Of a DNA stretch of 64,000 nt, positions 1 through 13,563 are shown piece by piece; the first letter of the stretch is position 1; each line of letters starts with the position of its first letter. The notes beneath the pieces were generated by a model. It was given only the letters and a program-made list of their open reading frames with translations, did no database searches and was not told where the DNA came from. Source of the stretch: Auanema rhodensis (taxonomy: Eukaryota; Animalia; Nematoda); assembly GCA_964057225.1 (NCBI GenBank), contig OZ059897.1, positions 12,400,001 to 12,464,000 on the forward strand, in the 5' to 3' direction. The translations under genes and the position numbers were made by a program.

Positions 1-53
1 CAAAAAGTAAATTATAACAAATATAAATAGAATAGATAATAACAAAGTTTAAG

Positions 54-3000
54 TTGAAACAAGAAAGTGATCGTTTACGTCAAGAAATGGAAGAACTTCG
101 ACAAGAATTGCGAGAAACACGAGCGGAACTGATGACATCAAAGAAATCAGTTGATGAAAAAGGTTTTGAAATTAAAAAAAAAATTTAATTAATTAAAATT
201 CTTTTAGATTTTAATATTTTATCATTAGAAGAAGATATAAATAGTTTAAGAAGCAAATTATCATCGGAAACAACAAGACTTGATGATAAAGAAACAGAAA
301 TTTTAAATTTAAATGGAAGAATTGAAGAATATAAGATTAGAGAAGCAGATTTAAGAAATGAATTAACTGAGGTAAAAATATAAATTATTTTATATATTTT
401 ATATAAATTAATTAAGATTCAAACTACTAATGCTGCTCTTAATATGGAAAGTAAACAATCTAATGATATAATGACATCTATAAGACATGAAATGTCTGAA
501 ATTATGGAAAAGTTAGAATCATCAAATCATAAAGAAGGACGTAAGTTTTAAAAATAAAAATTTTATTATAATAAAAAATTATTTTTAGAATTGAGTTCTC
601 AATTAGAATCTCAACAACATACTATGTCAGAATTAAATGAATTAATCAAATCATTGAAGGATACTGTACAAGATTTGGAAGTTAAACTAGAAACCGTAAG
701 ATTTGAATATTTGGTTTTAAAAATATTTTCTCATATTTCAGACAATGGATGATGTTAGAATAGCAAGAGATGATTCAGAAAGTCAGCGAATTTTACTAAA
801 AGAAAAAGTTAAAGAATTAACAGAAACAGTTAAAATACTCGAAGAAGTTCGAAGGTTTTTCCAATATTTTTCGAATTTTAATTTTTTTTTTAATTTTTAG
901 AGAAAAAGATATGTTAATTGATGATGTTACATCTTATAAAACAGAAAAAGAACAGAATTTAGCTAAACTTGGAAATTTGGAAGAAGATTTGAAACAAAAA
1001 AATGAAAATGTAAGCTATTTTGAAGAATTTCATTAATATTTTCTATTTTTTAGATTGATGAATTCAGAAGAATAATGGAAGATCTTAGAGAAAGTCTTGA
1101 AAAAACTAAAGAACATGCTCAAGAAAAACAAATTTTAGTTGAAAATCTAGAAGGTATCATTGAAATATTTGAAGATATATGTATATACAATATTTAATAT
1201 TTAGCTCGAGTTGAAACAATAACTGCCAGTATGACGAGTTTGGAAGAAAATCATAAAGCAGAGCTTTTACGAAGAGATGAAACAGAGAAAATCCGAGATT
1301 TGGAACAAGAACAAATTGTTCAAAATCATACGGATAATACACAAAAAGAAATTGTAAATTTATTATTTTATTTTAATTTTAAAATAATTTTTAATAGAAA
1401 CGATTGGAAAAAGAATTGAAGAATTGTGAAGAACGGTTACAAAACATGACAACGACTTATGAGAAATTAGTAGAAGACGAATCAGAATTACGGATGAAAC
1501 ATGAAGAAATGAAGTAAAAATCCATAAAATATATCAAAATTAAATAATTTTTGAATTTCAGAGATAATTTGGAGCAATCTTTGATGAAATGTAGAAAGGA
1601 AGTTGAGCATTTAAAAGATCAAAATCATCAAGAAAGAGAAGAATGGGAAGATGAACGAAAACATGTATTTCCTTTAGTATTAACTTGAATTTAAAAAACT
1701 TTTTTCAGCTTGAAAAGTCGAAAGCTAATGCTTTAGCAAATATGAAAGAAGAAATGAATACATTAGAAGAAAATATAAGAAAAGGACTTGATCGAGAAGA
1801 AATTCTTCAGAATTCTATCAGTGATCTCAATGAGCAAATTGCAGAATTACAAAGAAAAATGTTTGAATCTAATAGAACAATGGAAGAGAAAAGGTTTTTT
1901 AATTTTTAAATTTTGTTAATTTTTATAAATTTTAGTGATGATATCCAATTAAAAGAGAAAGAACTTGAAGATGAAAAGAGGAGCATAGCAGTACAAATGG
2001 AAGAATTAAACCTTAAAGTTAGTTTTCCTTTTCTTTCGTTTCCCTTTAATTTTTTGCTTCAAATCCTTTCAATTATAACTTTTTTTGTAGTAATTTCTCA
2101 ATCAAATATATTTCCAGCAAAAAGGAAATGTCTTATTACTTTTCTAACTTAACAAACTAATTCAAGCATAAAGTAATATTTGACTGAAAATAGCTAAACA
2201 CACATCTACACTATTAGCCGATGTTTCAGCTCTTTTGAATTCACTATTTGACCAAAAAATGAAAAATAACTTTTTTTATTATTTGTAAATGTTTATATAT
2301 TGTTTTTAGTTAATTAAAGTTACAACTCAACTTGATGAAAGTCAAAGGAAAGTCATCTCAACTGAGAAAGAATTAGCAAGAAACGAAGCTGCCATGAATA
2401 AAAGTATTTTGTTCATTATTATATTTATTATATTTTAACAACAATCTTTATAGAAACAGCAACATTAAGTGAATTTGAAGAAAAAGTTGAAAATTTAATT
2501 AAAAAATTAACGGAACATGAGAAAGAAGAAAATAATTTGAAAGATAAATTTGCTATATTAGAAAGACAAAATTCTGAGTTACAAGCTGCAAAAGAAAGAA
2601 CTCAAAAGCGATTAACGGATGAAATCAAACGATGTGAAGGTGAGTTTTCATTTTTAATAAAGTTATTTGTTTATTTATTTTTGTTTTTAGAATTAGAAGA
2701 TCGTTTAAGAGAAGCTCAAAAAGGTATTCAACATGAGAAAGCTAAAACTCAATTAGACGAAGAACTTAAGATAGAACGAGATAGTAAATTACAATCTTTA
2801 GTGAATAAGGTTTAAAATATTTTTTTAATTATTTAAATATTATATATTATTATAGAAAAAACAATTGGAATTAGAGTTAATTGATTATCAAGCAAAATCT
2901 GATTCAAATTCAGAATTAGTAAAGAAGTTTGAGAATGAAATGGCTGTATTTGGAGAAGAATTGAGAAATGAAAAGAATATGGTAAAATTTGAAAAAATTG

Positions 3001-6000
3001 AATTTTTATAAATTAATTTGTATTTTAAGTGTGTTGAATTAACAAAAACAAATGAAGAACTTAAAAGATCAGTAAGAACATTAACAGATGAATTAGAATC
3101 AGTTCGTAATGCATTGGAGAAAAAGATATCATTAGGACGACAAGCTAATAATGATTTATTGGCTAATTATAGAGAAGTAAGTTATTTAATTTCAAAAATT
3201 TAAAATATAAAAATATTTAGTCTGAAAAACGATATGTTGATATTCAAACAGAAAATGAACAACTTAGAGGACAAATTACTACTTTGAAGTTTGTTTTTGT
3301 TTATAATATTCTTGTTATTATCTAATTATTTGAAATTTATTTATATTTTGCAGCTTAAAACTTGAACGTTTGGATACCAAAAAGCGTGAAGTTGAACGTC
3401 GATGTGATGATATGGATTCAAGAAATTCAGAATTAAGTCGAAGATTAACCCAATATGAAAGAAGTGCTCGCTTAGCATTGAATCTTTCAAGTTGCTCTTA
3501 CTTTTTCATTCAAAAACTTCAAATTTATGATTCAGAATCCCAATCAAACATGAGACCGGGAACATCAATTACTGATTTGCCTCGTAGTTTTACATCAGGT
3601 TTTTTAATAATTATATAAATTATAATAAAATATTATTTAGGAATTGGTGAGTCTCATTCCATTATTAGAGCAGCAACAAGTTCAGCAGATCTATCCATGC
3701 ATACAAGTCCAGATAAATCGGTAAAAAAGTTTTCTTTTGGAAAATTTGAAAGAAAAATTTATAATTTTTAGGTTCATTTCAACGATGATATATCTCCACA
3801 ACTTGATATGAGTTCATCAATGGATATAACTTTAAGATATTTAAAAGAAAGAATATCTCAATTAGAAAGAGATAAAGCATCTCTAACCTCTGAAATGGAT
3901 GATAAAACATTTGATTTGAAGAATTGTAAGAAGAAATTGGAAGAAGCAACAAATTTATTGAAAGATATGGAAAAGAAGATTAATTTTATGGAAAATGGTT
4001 TGTTTAATTTTCAATTGAAAATCTAAATTAAAACTTTTTTTAAGAAAATCGAACATTGGAAACAAGATTATCAAGTCAACGACAATTATATTTATCAAAT
4101 GAAGAATCAATTAGAAGTAAAGAAGGAGAACATCGAGCTATGAAAGCTAAGATAACAAATGCAGATTTACATCTTAGAGAAAAAGACACAAAAATCAATC
4201 AAATGATGGTAAAGTGGAAAAAATATGGAAAAATAAAAATTTTGTATTTTAGTCTCAGATGGAAGCACTACGATTAGAATTAGCTACTGTAAATGCTGAT
4301 AAGCATAAGCTTAGTGCAAACTTGAAAACACTGGAGGATGAACTTCATGATATTGAGGAAGAGAAGAATACTGTAGAAAGTGAAAGAAATCGTTTCCATA
4401 GAATGGTTAAAGAACTACAAGATGATATAAAGGTGATTTCAATTTATCTCAAAACTTTTTTTCAATTGATGAAACTTTTAGACAGCCAATAAACGATGTG
4501 AGGTACTTGATGATGAAAAGAAAAAAATTGAAAGAAATTTATTGGATGTAAGACGAACAGCTCAACATGACAAAGAGGCTTTAGAGAAACTTCAAACAGA
4601 AGAAAGACATTGGAGAATGACTGTGAATAGTTATATATCATATATTCTGAATATTTTAATAATTTAGGCTGTAAATGTGAAAAAGACTTCAGATGATTTT
4701 CATAAACAGAGATATGAAGAAAAGATAAGTAATCTTCAACATAGCCATGATGCAGCTGTAGCTAGATATGAAGCTGCAATTTCTGATTCTGATCGACTTC
4801 GGTATCAAAATTCTTTAATGATATTCTTAATTATTTTGAATTTTCAGCCTTGAACTTCGAGAATATAATCAGAAGATAACATCCTTAAATATAAAATTGG
4901 CTGAAGTGGAGAATAGAGCTGTATCTGAAAAGGAAAATAACCAATCTATAAGTCAACAACTATCCGCATTCCAACGAGTTGAACTTGAATGGACTAAGCT
5001 TGAAAAAGAAATGAGAGAAGAACTCAAAATGCTTAGAAAGGAGAAACTTCAAATGAGTTCTGAGGCGGAAGAGCAGAAACGTAAACTAACAAGAGTCGAT
5101 ATTGAAAGGAAAGAGTTAGATACCATAAGAGCAAGACTTGAAAGAGAAATAGCAGCTTTGAAGAAGCATTTATCAGCGGTAAATATTGAAATATATAAAT
5201 AATATTAAAACAAATTGTTTTTCAGTTAGAGGAAGATCGTAATAGAATGGATGCAGCTATTAGAGAAACAATGTCTGAACGAAAAGCAATAGATAAATCA
5301 TTAGCTGCAATGGAAAAAGAAAATTCTGAATTATATCGAAATTGCTCACAACTTCAAGCTCAAGTAATTAAGTTTTAAAGAAAAATAATTAAGTTCTGAT
5401 TATAGATTCAACAATTAGAAAAGGATAGTAGTCAAAGAACTGTAAGTAAATTAATGAAAGAACAATCTTCATATGAAGCAAGGATTAATAAATTAACTCA
5501 AGATAAGAAACAAGTAAGCTTTCATTTGAAATTAATTAAACTTGGTTTATTCACAAAACTTACAGCTTGAAATTATTATGGAACAAAAGGAAAATGCTTT
5601 TGTTCATAAACGAAAAATGCTCGAATCTCAACTGTCACTTCTGCGTGAGCAACTAGAAGCAGAACGAAGACGTCGACTTTCTGGACGCTTTGAACGTGCC
5701 ACAGATAGTCGTATGAGTCGTTCAACTGCATCTGGGCCAGCTAATACTTCTGTACAACGGGGAATAGGCAAAAGTCCATTCAGGGTATGATCATTTGCCT
5801 CGACCAATAACTGCCATTTAAAGCTTATATTTAACACCTAACAACAGCATGTTAATAGCCTGCTATGTAAAAGATTTGTGCATGATTTTAGTGTTCTATT
5901 TTTAGGATAAAATCTCAACTTCTTGCACTTCACTTAGCACAGTTCAAATGTTTTCTCAACAAAAATATGTAAAAACTGTCAAAGTTCAGAGCACATGTGA

Positions 6001-6726
6001 TGCCTTGTCTTATTCGTGTAACCCTTCACAGCCTCACGAAGTTTAGTACACATTACCCGGTTTTAATCTCTTTTAACGTTGTAAAAGAGTTTAAAAAATT
6101 TAATTTAAAATTGAAAAAAGCATGTTTATTATAATATTTTAATACAAAATAATTTTAATGTCATTTACACTAGTCTTTTCATGATCTCACTAACTTTCAT
6201 GATCTCAATCTATTTTTAGATCTCTTTATTCACAAAAAAAAAAGAAAATCTCAAATCATATATTTTGTTTATTATTTGTTTATTTAAATCAATATTGTAT
6301 TATTTATTTATTTAAAAACAAATAATAATTCTTTTTAGGTATTACGATATAATTACTCTTTTTGCACAATCACTTATACACACATACTCACTCAAATGAT
6401 TGTATTTAGTTGAATTATAGATGAGATTAATATAGAGATTTTCATAGAATTTTAATGTTAACTGAAAACCAAATCGTTTTGTCCTTCTTCTTCATTGCAA
6501 AATTTTTAATAAAAATAAAGATTTTAGTTTATTTTACACATTTTGTTAATATTATACTAACAATATTCGTTTTATGTTAATTATATTAATTTAATATTTT
6601 TTTTATTTTCAGATAAAATATGAATATAGTGATGTGATGTATAGTGTACGTGGTGTTAGTCGTTCTTCTTCTATCAGTTATTACGATACTGATACTTTAA
6701 CTAGTAGAGAAACGTTAATTATGTGA
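54..6726 (+). CDS. Rootletin-family long coiled-coil protein (CHE-10/LFI-1/PUMA1-like), 5' end outside window; ~31 exons
   Basis: Continuous spliced frame across ~30 short GT-AG introns encoding E/K/L-rich heptads. C-terminal blocks SSSMDITLRYLKERISQLERDK, RLSSQRQLYLSNEE and ERKAIDKSLAAMEKENSELYRNCSQLQ resemble nematode rootletin-like proteins (recalled, not searched). Favoured last exon 6613-6726 (IKYEYSDV...RETLIM*). Confidence 0.85.
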
Positions 6727-7041
6727 TTATGCATGACAATATAATTATATTTTTTTTCTTTTATTTTTTAGTTTTAGCAATACGGGTTGTTTGTTGTGAT
6801 TGTTTGTATATTATTGTGCTTTACTTTGTGATTGTGATTGTTGTGTGTCATCATTATATTTTTTCTGATCAGGGATCTGAAATCCATAAACAACTGGTAA
6901 TTTATATAATATTATATGTTTATATACTATATATAGATATCAATATATACTTTTCAATATATTTTATTATAGCAACTCAATCACTTTAGTGAAAATTGAG
7001 AAAAAAAAAACTGAATGCATGAGTTTGGTTGATAAAATATC

Positions 7042-7831
7042 TTAATTAAAATATATAATAATGAGCATAATTATGAAAAATGATATGGAAATTGAACTTG
7101 TTTTTGAATTACAATAATCCCGATCATTACAGAAACAGTATTTCCATCTGAAATAATGAAGAATTATAATATATAAATACATATATTTAATATAATGAAT
7201 TCAACCGTTTAACTGATAATAATTGAATGAAAATGAGTGAGAATTAGCATATAACTAACTAAATATATGCTAATTAATTAGAATATAGATAATTGAAATA
7301 TAAGTTATTGAAGTCTTACGTTTTTGGTGGTACAGATGCATCAATCATTGTATAACACATCTTATTTCCAACTATTGTTTGATTTGATGGAGTAAGTAGA
7401 AGAGTATTTTGAAACCTGGATAATAATTATATTTTAAATTGTTAAATAATAATAATAATATATTGATTTATAATTTAATATTATTGATTATTCTTACCAA
7501 CAATCTGATTTAAATGTCGTATACCTAACTGTTGGTGCCATTGGATCTATAATCTTAACGCAATATTGATCAGTCTAAATTCAATACAGATTATATGTAT
7601 AGTTAAATACATCATATATATATTACTTGACAATGATTATTGCGATTATCACATGAAGTAGGTCCATCATCATGTTTTGGATTAAATCCATGTATTCCTT
7701 CACATTGTGCACATTTTAAAGCTTTAAGTTGAAATATTTTATATAGAAAATAAGATTAAAACTTGAATATTACCTGTAACGGATAGTATAACTATTGATG
7801 AGAAAATTAATACTGAATGTATATGATTCAT
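7042..7831 (-). CDS. GPI-anchored Ly-6/three-finger-like Cys-rich surface protein
   Basis: 5 exons: signal peptide MNHIHSVLIFSSIVILSVTA, then LKCAQC...SCDNRNNHCQTDQYCVK...KSDCW...MCY...YCFCNDRDYCNS, then hydrophobic tail SISISFFIIMLIIIYFN*. The LxCxxC start and terminal CxC..D.CN are typical of Ly-6/quiver-like proteins. Confidence 0.85.
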
Positions 7832-8398
7832 AATTATTTTGATTTTTTGATCAATTTTTAATACAAAATTTGTATTAAATTATCTGTATAAATGAAGAAA
7901 CTGAAGTGAATATTTAAAATAATATTTATAGAACAATGAAAATCTTAAAAAGATTGAACATTATTGAGAATAAAAGATATTAGAACCATGTGCTTATTTC
8001 TAAAACAATAGTAGTTCTTTGAACTATTGTTAGTCTGGCCATTAAATTTGAAAAAAATAGTTATAATAGTGGTTATATATTATGTTTATTAGTTAAACAT
8101 ACTAATATTATTGTTTTCTTTTTTTTTTCCTTTTTTTGTTGTAAAAACATAAAATTAAAGTTGGAAAACTATTTAAAAAAAAAAATAAAAATACTGACTA
8201 TATGATGAGAGTTTGTATGCAACCATGAAGAAGAGAATTGATATATACTATATGAATGAATGAAGAGGTCAATGAATAGGCTATATAAAGTCCTTAAAAC
8301 TAAAGAATTTTTAAATCTTATATAAGAATATTATATGATGATTATATCAAGAGTTAACTATATATTCAAAAATCGTATACAACTCCTGTGAAAAGAAG

Positions 8399-8425
8399 GA
8401 GAGAGAAAGATAGCGAGAGAAAGAT

Positions 8426-8488
<63 letters not shown>
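8399..8488. repeat. (GA)n microsatellite
   Basis: Long, largely perfect GA dinucleotide tract. Confidence 0.95.
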
Positions 8489-10654
8489 TTGAATCAGATT
8501 AAGAAGGTCTTAAGAAATAAATTGATTTGTCATGTAGTTAGCTGATTTTCCATTGAATGTAAAATATTTTAGCAATTAACACTACTTTTTTAACATTAAT
8601 TCTCTTGTTAACACAATTTTTCTTACATTTTTTTTGATCAATCAAATACGAAGAATAGAAAGATAACGATTTTACAAAAATTAGAAAAAAACTACTAAGA
8701 ATTTGAAGTGAGAAAGAGACAAATGAATATGTAATATTGAAATATTTATAATAAATTAGTTAAAAATAAAAATATTAGAAGATAATAAATAGAAATAAAA
8801 GTTTTTAAAAGAAAATATATATATATAACTATATACATATAGTTAGTTAGTTTGTATATTATAATATAAAAAGACAATTCATTGATATTTATATTATTAA
8901 ATGGATAATAGATATAGGGTTTAAGACGATGAAGATAGGGATTGTAAGATGATGCTGGTGTGATGATATTAGCTGATTGAATGAAGTCAAGTCAAGTCCG
9001 ATATTTGTGACGAAAAGAAAATTTCTTCTTTTTTTGTTTCAAAGAGGTCATGAGGCAAATCTTTTTTTTTTGTTTGTGAAATGAAATAATCTTTTGATGT
9101 ACGTCAGATAATTTCGAATATGTAAACGTTAGAATAGAATAGAAGACATTTTGAAATCATAAATTATGTGGCCACCACGATTTATAAACCCCATTATGTT
9201 AGACCAACTGACGGTTTTAACCATGCCAACTGAGTAAGTTTCAAATGAACGTTACATCTGATAAACTTTTGGGAAAAAAAAATTCAAATAAACAATATAG
9301 TTAAATATACAATATATGGTTTAATTCTTCACCTTTTTTTTGAGAAAAAAAAAGTTTTATAACAAAGAGAAAATGCTTAAAAATCAATGTTTTCTTCTGG
9401 AGAGCTATTGGACGACAATTACTTATATTCCATAGACCAAACAGATTGTATTTTCTTTTACTTAATAGCAGGAGCTTTAAATTTGGAGAATTTGAATTAA
9501 AGTGAAATTCAAAGAAATCTTGTTTTATAGCTACTAAAAACCTCATTTTTCAAAACCTCAATAGTCATCGCATAGTAATAGTAAAATAATAAACTCAATA
9601 TTATTATTTTTAAAATATTTATTATAATAAATAAACAAATAAATATAAAATATATGTATAGTTTAGTATATATAGATATATATATATAGAATGATGAAGA
9701 GTAGTGTTCAATGTTAAGCTCATAGTTATAGTTCAGCGAAGATATCGAGCAGCTCATAAAAAGGAAACATAAAGAGCTTTTAGATATTTCAATTTAACAC
9801 ATTACATCATCGATTACATACATTGAAACATCAAGAACTATGGGAAAAAGCTAAGAAGCAAAAAGTTAAAAACCAGCTGATTATTAGTTTTTTTATTTTT
9901 TTATTTCTTTTCATATTGATTTTTTTATATTTTAATTCCTTTTTTTTTAAATCAACACGTTTACCTTTTTTGATGATTCTAAAAAAGAAATATTCGGAAT
10001 ATTCTAAAAAGTATTGCGAATGATACAAAATATATAAAAGAAGAAGATGTCGCTGAAGAATAATAAGAAGAAGAGACCGGATAGACGGTTAGACCAGAAG
10101 CTAGTATACCAAGTTTTTCTTATAATCCACGACTCCGTCATCCTCCACTAAATTCTATTTTACTCTCTCTCTATATCTCTCCATAACATTCATCATTCAT
10201 GCTAATACATTCATATTTTTAACTATTATTAATATTGTTTTATAAGATTTAAATTATTTTTTAGTTTCTCTCTCTTTCTCTCTCTGCCACCTCTGTCTTA
10301 CTATCTCTCTCTATATCTCTCTAGTCATATAATATTTACAATGTTAATACATATATACATATATACTATAAGAAATAGTTATAAAATGTTTTATACAATA
10401 AATGAAACATACATAATCTACATCCTTTATCTTTGAAACTGTCAGCTCTGCCAACAACTTCTTTTGTCTTAAACCGGAAAACTGAAAAAGAACGGCAATG
10501 TGTGAGAGTTGGAACTTAATCCATGTTTCTTCCGAATCTTTTCATGTGTGGTAGTCATTTACTAAGAATTATTTTCAACTTCTACTAATTGATGCTAGAA
10601 GTTCATTTATTTGCAATTATTATTTAATATTTAACTATTTTAATAATTTCAGAT

Positions 10655-10971
10655 ATGGTTATTAAATTTTTATCTTTATTTCTAATATTCTTAATAAATA
10701 GTATGATTGATGCTGTAAGTTTAACTATTCTTTAAATACTTTTAATTATTATATCATATAGCATCCAAAAACATTTGTTGCGGAACCTGGTGAATTAATT
10801 GTTGTTGATGATAATATTTCTCCAAAATTTCATTTAGTTGATGGTTTTGTATCAAGTACACGGTAAATATATAATCTTTTATGCCTTATGTTGTAATAAA
10901 CTCATCATAGATATCGTTTACGTCTTCGCAAGCATATTACGGATCGTAGCAAGAAACAGGTAACATATCAC

Positions 10972-11022
<51 letters not shown>

Positions 11023-11294
11023 TCTTTCTCTCTCTCTCTCTCTCTTTCTCTTTCTTTCTCTCTCTTTCTCTCTCTTACAAATTATTCGTATAGAAAATTT
11101 TTATTTTAATCCAATTTGTATAGATAACTCGACGTATTGTTGGAGAAGGACGTCGGAAGCCTAGACGGCCAACAACTGAGAAAGTTCCAGAAAAAAAGCT
11201 AAGACGAGGCACAAGTGCTGATTCCAATGATTGGACATTATTTCAACGTACTACTATAGCTACACCTATTCATCATCCCATAAACTTCCGATGA
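10655..11294 (+). CDS. Small basic secreted protein of unknown function (~126 aa)
   Basis: ATG 2 nt after a TTTCAG acceptor. Exons 10655-10714, 10762-10862, 10911-10959 and 11124-11294 splice in frame: MVIKFLSLFLIFLINSMIDA-HPKTFVAEPGE...LRRGTSADSNDWTLFQRTTIATPIHHPINFR*. Confidence 0.8.
10972..11075. repeat. (CT)n/(CTTT) microsatellite in intron 3 of the secreted-protein gene
   Basis: Pyrimidine dinucleotide tract visible directly. Confidence 0.95.
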
Positions 11295-11554
11295 ACTTAT
11301 ATATAAACTTGAAGTCAAAGTTCGCATGACGTCATAATCACAAATATCATGCAATGTATTAAATTTCTAAAAATGTCTTTCATTAGAAAAAAACATATCA
11401 TGTTTATGTATTTATTTTTCATTCATTTCTATACAATTATGTAATAAAATCATAATTTTTCATCAAGTAAGTACTTTTTTTGATACAAAAAAACTGATTA
11501 TCATCATATGAGATGACTGATGTTTCAACAACTTGGCACATGCTCTTCATAATT

Positions 11555-13563
11555 TTAAAAATTTCCAGCCTAAAATATTTTATAATTACAAAAATATATA
11601 AATTATAATAAATACATACATAGATATTTATATAATTCTGAAGTTGTTGTCCAAGAATTTTTCCAAATACCATATGGTCATGTTGCGATAATATCTGAAA
11701 TCAAAAATTGCTTTCTGCAGAAATTTTTTTTTTTTTTGATTTTTATCGTAAAAATCGATTTTATTAAGTACATGTGTAACTGTTCTTATGACGAAAGCTA
11801 AGTGAGAAAACGGTTCTAAAAAAACTTTTATGGATGAACATGCAAAACCTTGGCTGCAGCTAATGCTGCTTCATCGGTTCCAAGAGCAGTTGTACAACCG
11901 ATTCCAGATGGTGTACGAAGAGATGACCATATATCATGAATACTTAAATCCGAATGAATAGGTGGACAGTTAATTACCTTAAAAAATATTTTTAAATTTA
12001 GTATTTTAGTATTCAAGGCTACTTACAGGTAGTGTAGTATTTCCACCAATAACAAGGCCTAGACCATTTGACCTGCCAGCTACAGCTATGACAACAGTTG
12101 GAACGCCATCTTGATCAAACTCGGATAATATCTCCAGCGTTTCCGTTGTAGACTTCAAAGTTTAAAGATTTAAAAGCCAGACTTATTCAAAATGTCTCAC
12201 TTTATGTGCTGAACTGACGCGTAAAATTGGATTAATTCCGAGTTTTTCGCACGACGCTGCAATTTTTTTACAATGCGCCATATCGGAAGATGATCCCATA
12301 ATGATTAGTGCTCGAGTTTTTGGTTGAGTAAGGAATTGTTCAGTCAAACCCATAACCTATATATTCAAATCCATTGATATTTCGTCATTTTAATAATAAA
12401 TTCTACCTTTTCATAATTAGCAACTAATTGTTTTAGAGATTCTGCAGTTACTTCTGCCATTTCACGGAAAAATTGCTTGTCAAGCTGAAGTCTTTTGTCT
12501 CCAGAAGGCCATACTCTCCAAGAATCATTGTCAATAACATCGCTTAAAACGATATTTCCAGATGAATTAACACCAAATTCAATCTGAATATCAAAACGTT
12601 TAGTTTAGCATAAGTATAGATTTGTTAGACTAGGATATTATATTTTTGAAATTAAATCGAAAAAAAAGGAAAAAAGGGGATTGAATGAATAAAAATAAAA
12701 TAATTTTATATATACTATATAAACATTTTTTTAAAATATAAATAATTTAGATATAAAGATTCAAATATTTAATTGAAATTTAAAACATACCTTCATATCA
12801 ATTAAAGAACAATCTGATAGATTCCAAGCCTTTTCTAATGCTTGGAAAATCAGTGAGGTCATTTTCTTCATAAGAATAACCTATAATATTATATTTAAAA
12901 TAATATAAAAATATAAATAAAATACTTCATATTTGCCAATTTTTAAAGAATTATATGTAAATCCAGCACTGATAATTTGTTCATCTGACCATTGTGGATC
13001 ATCTTGTTCATCATCCTTTAAAATTATTTTATAAATATATTATATAATTAATTTTTGTTTATTTACTTTAAAGAATGTTTCAATTTTTAGATTATCAAAA
13101 CGATATCCTTGTTCAACTCCTGGATTTCTTTTTAAGAATGAACCAGTAGCCACACGACGAGCTACCCATTCAATGGGTATCATATCACATCTTTGAGCTA
13201 AAAACTCAGTATCGCTTCGACTGGCAACAAAATGAGTTGGAATTCCTATAATATATATCGTTATATTTTTAAAAAAAGTTTAAACTTGAATTTACCAATT
13301 TCATTTAAATATTGAAACACATGAGTAGTTGTCTTATTGGCTATTTTGCCTTTACCCTCAACATCACTCTTGCGAGCAGCATTAAATGCTGTAAGCTGGT
13401 CCTTTGATCGAATTAATACAACATCCTTAAAAAAGAGAAAAATACTTCAATTTATAAATTTCGAAAAACATACATTATTTCCAGAAATGGCAAAAATTTC
13501 TTTTGTCTTTCCTTCAGCTAATTTTTCAAAGTTTATTTGTTCTTGAGACGATAATTGAGCCAT
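11555..13563 (-). CDS. paic-1: Bifunctional SAICAR synthetase / AIR carboxylase (PAICS, ADE2)
   Basis: 11 exons. SAICAR synthetase motifs [36 protein letters not shown] and [12 protein letters not shown]; PurE motifs [29 protein letters not shown] and [11 protein letters not shown]. The last micro-exon (AGNF*) is less certain. Confidence 0.96.

Noticed and set aside
8399-11075. (GA)n and (CT)n tracts as terminal inverted repeats of a mobile element
   Set aside because: Simple repeats only; no TSD, transposase or unique inverted sequence.
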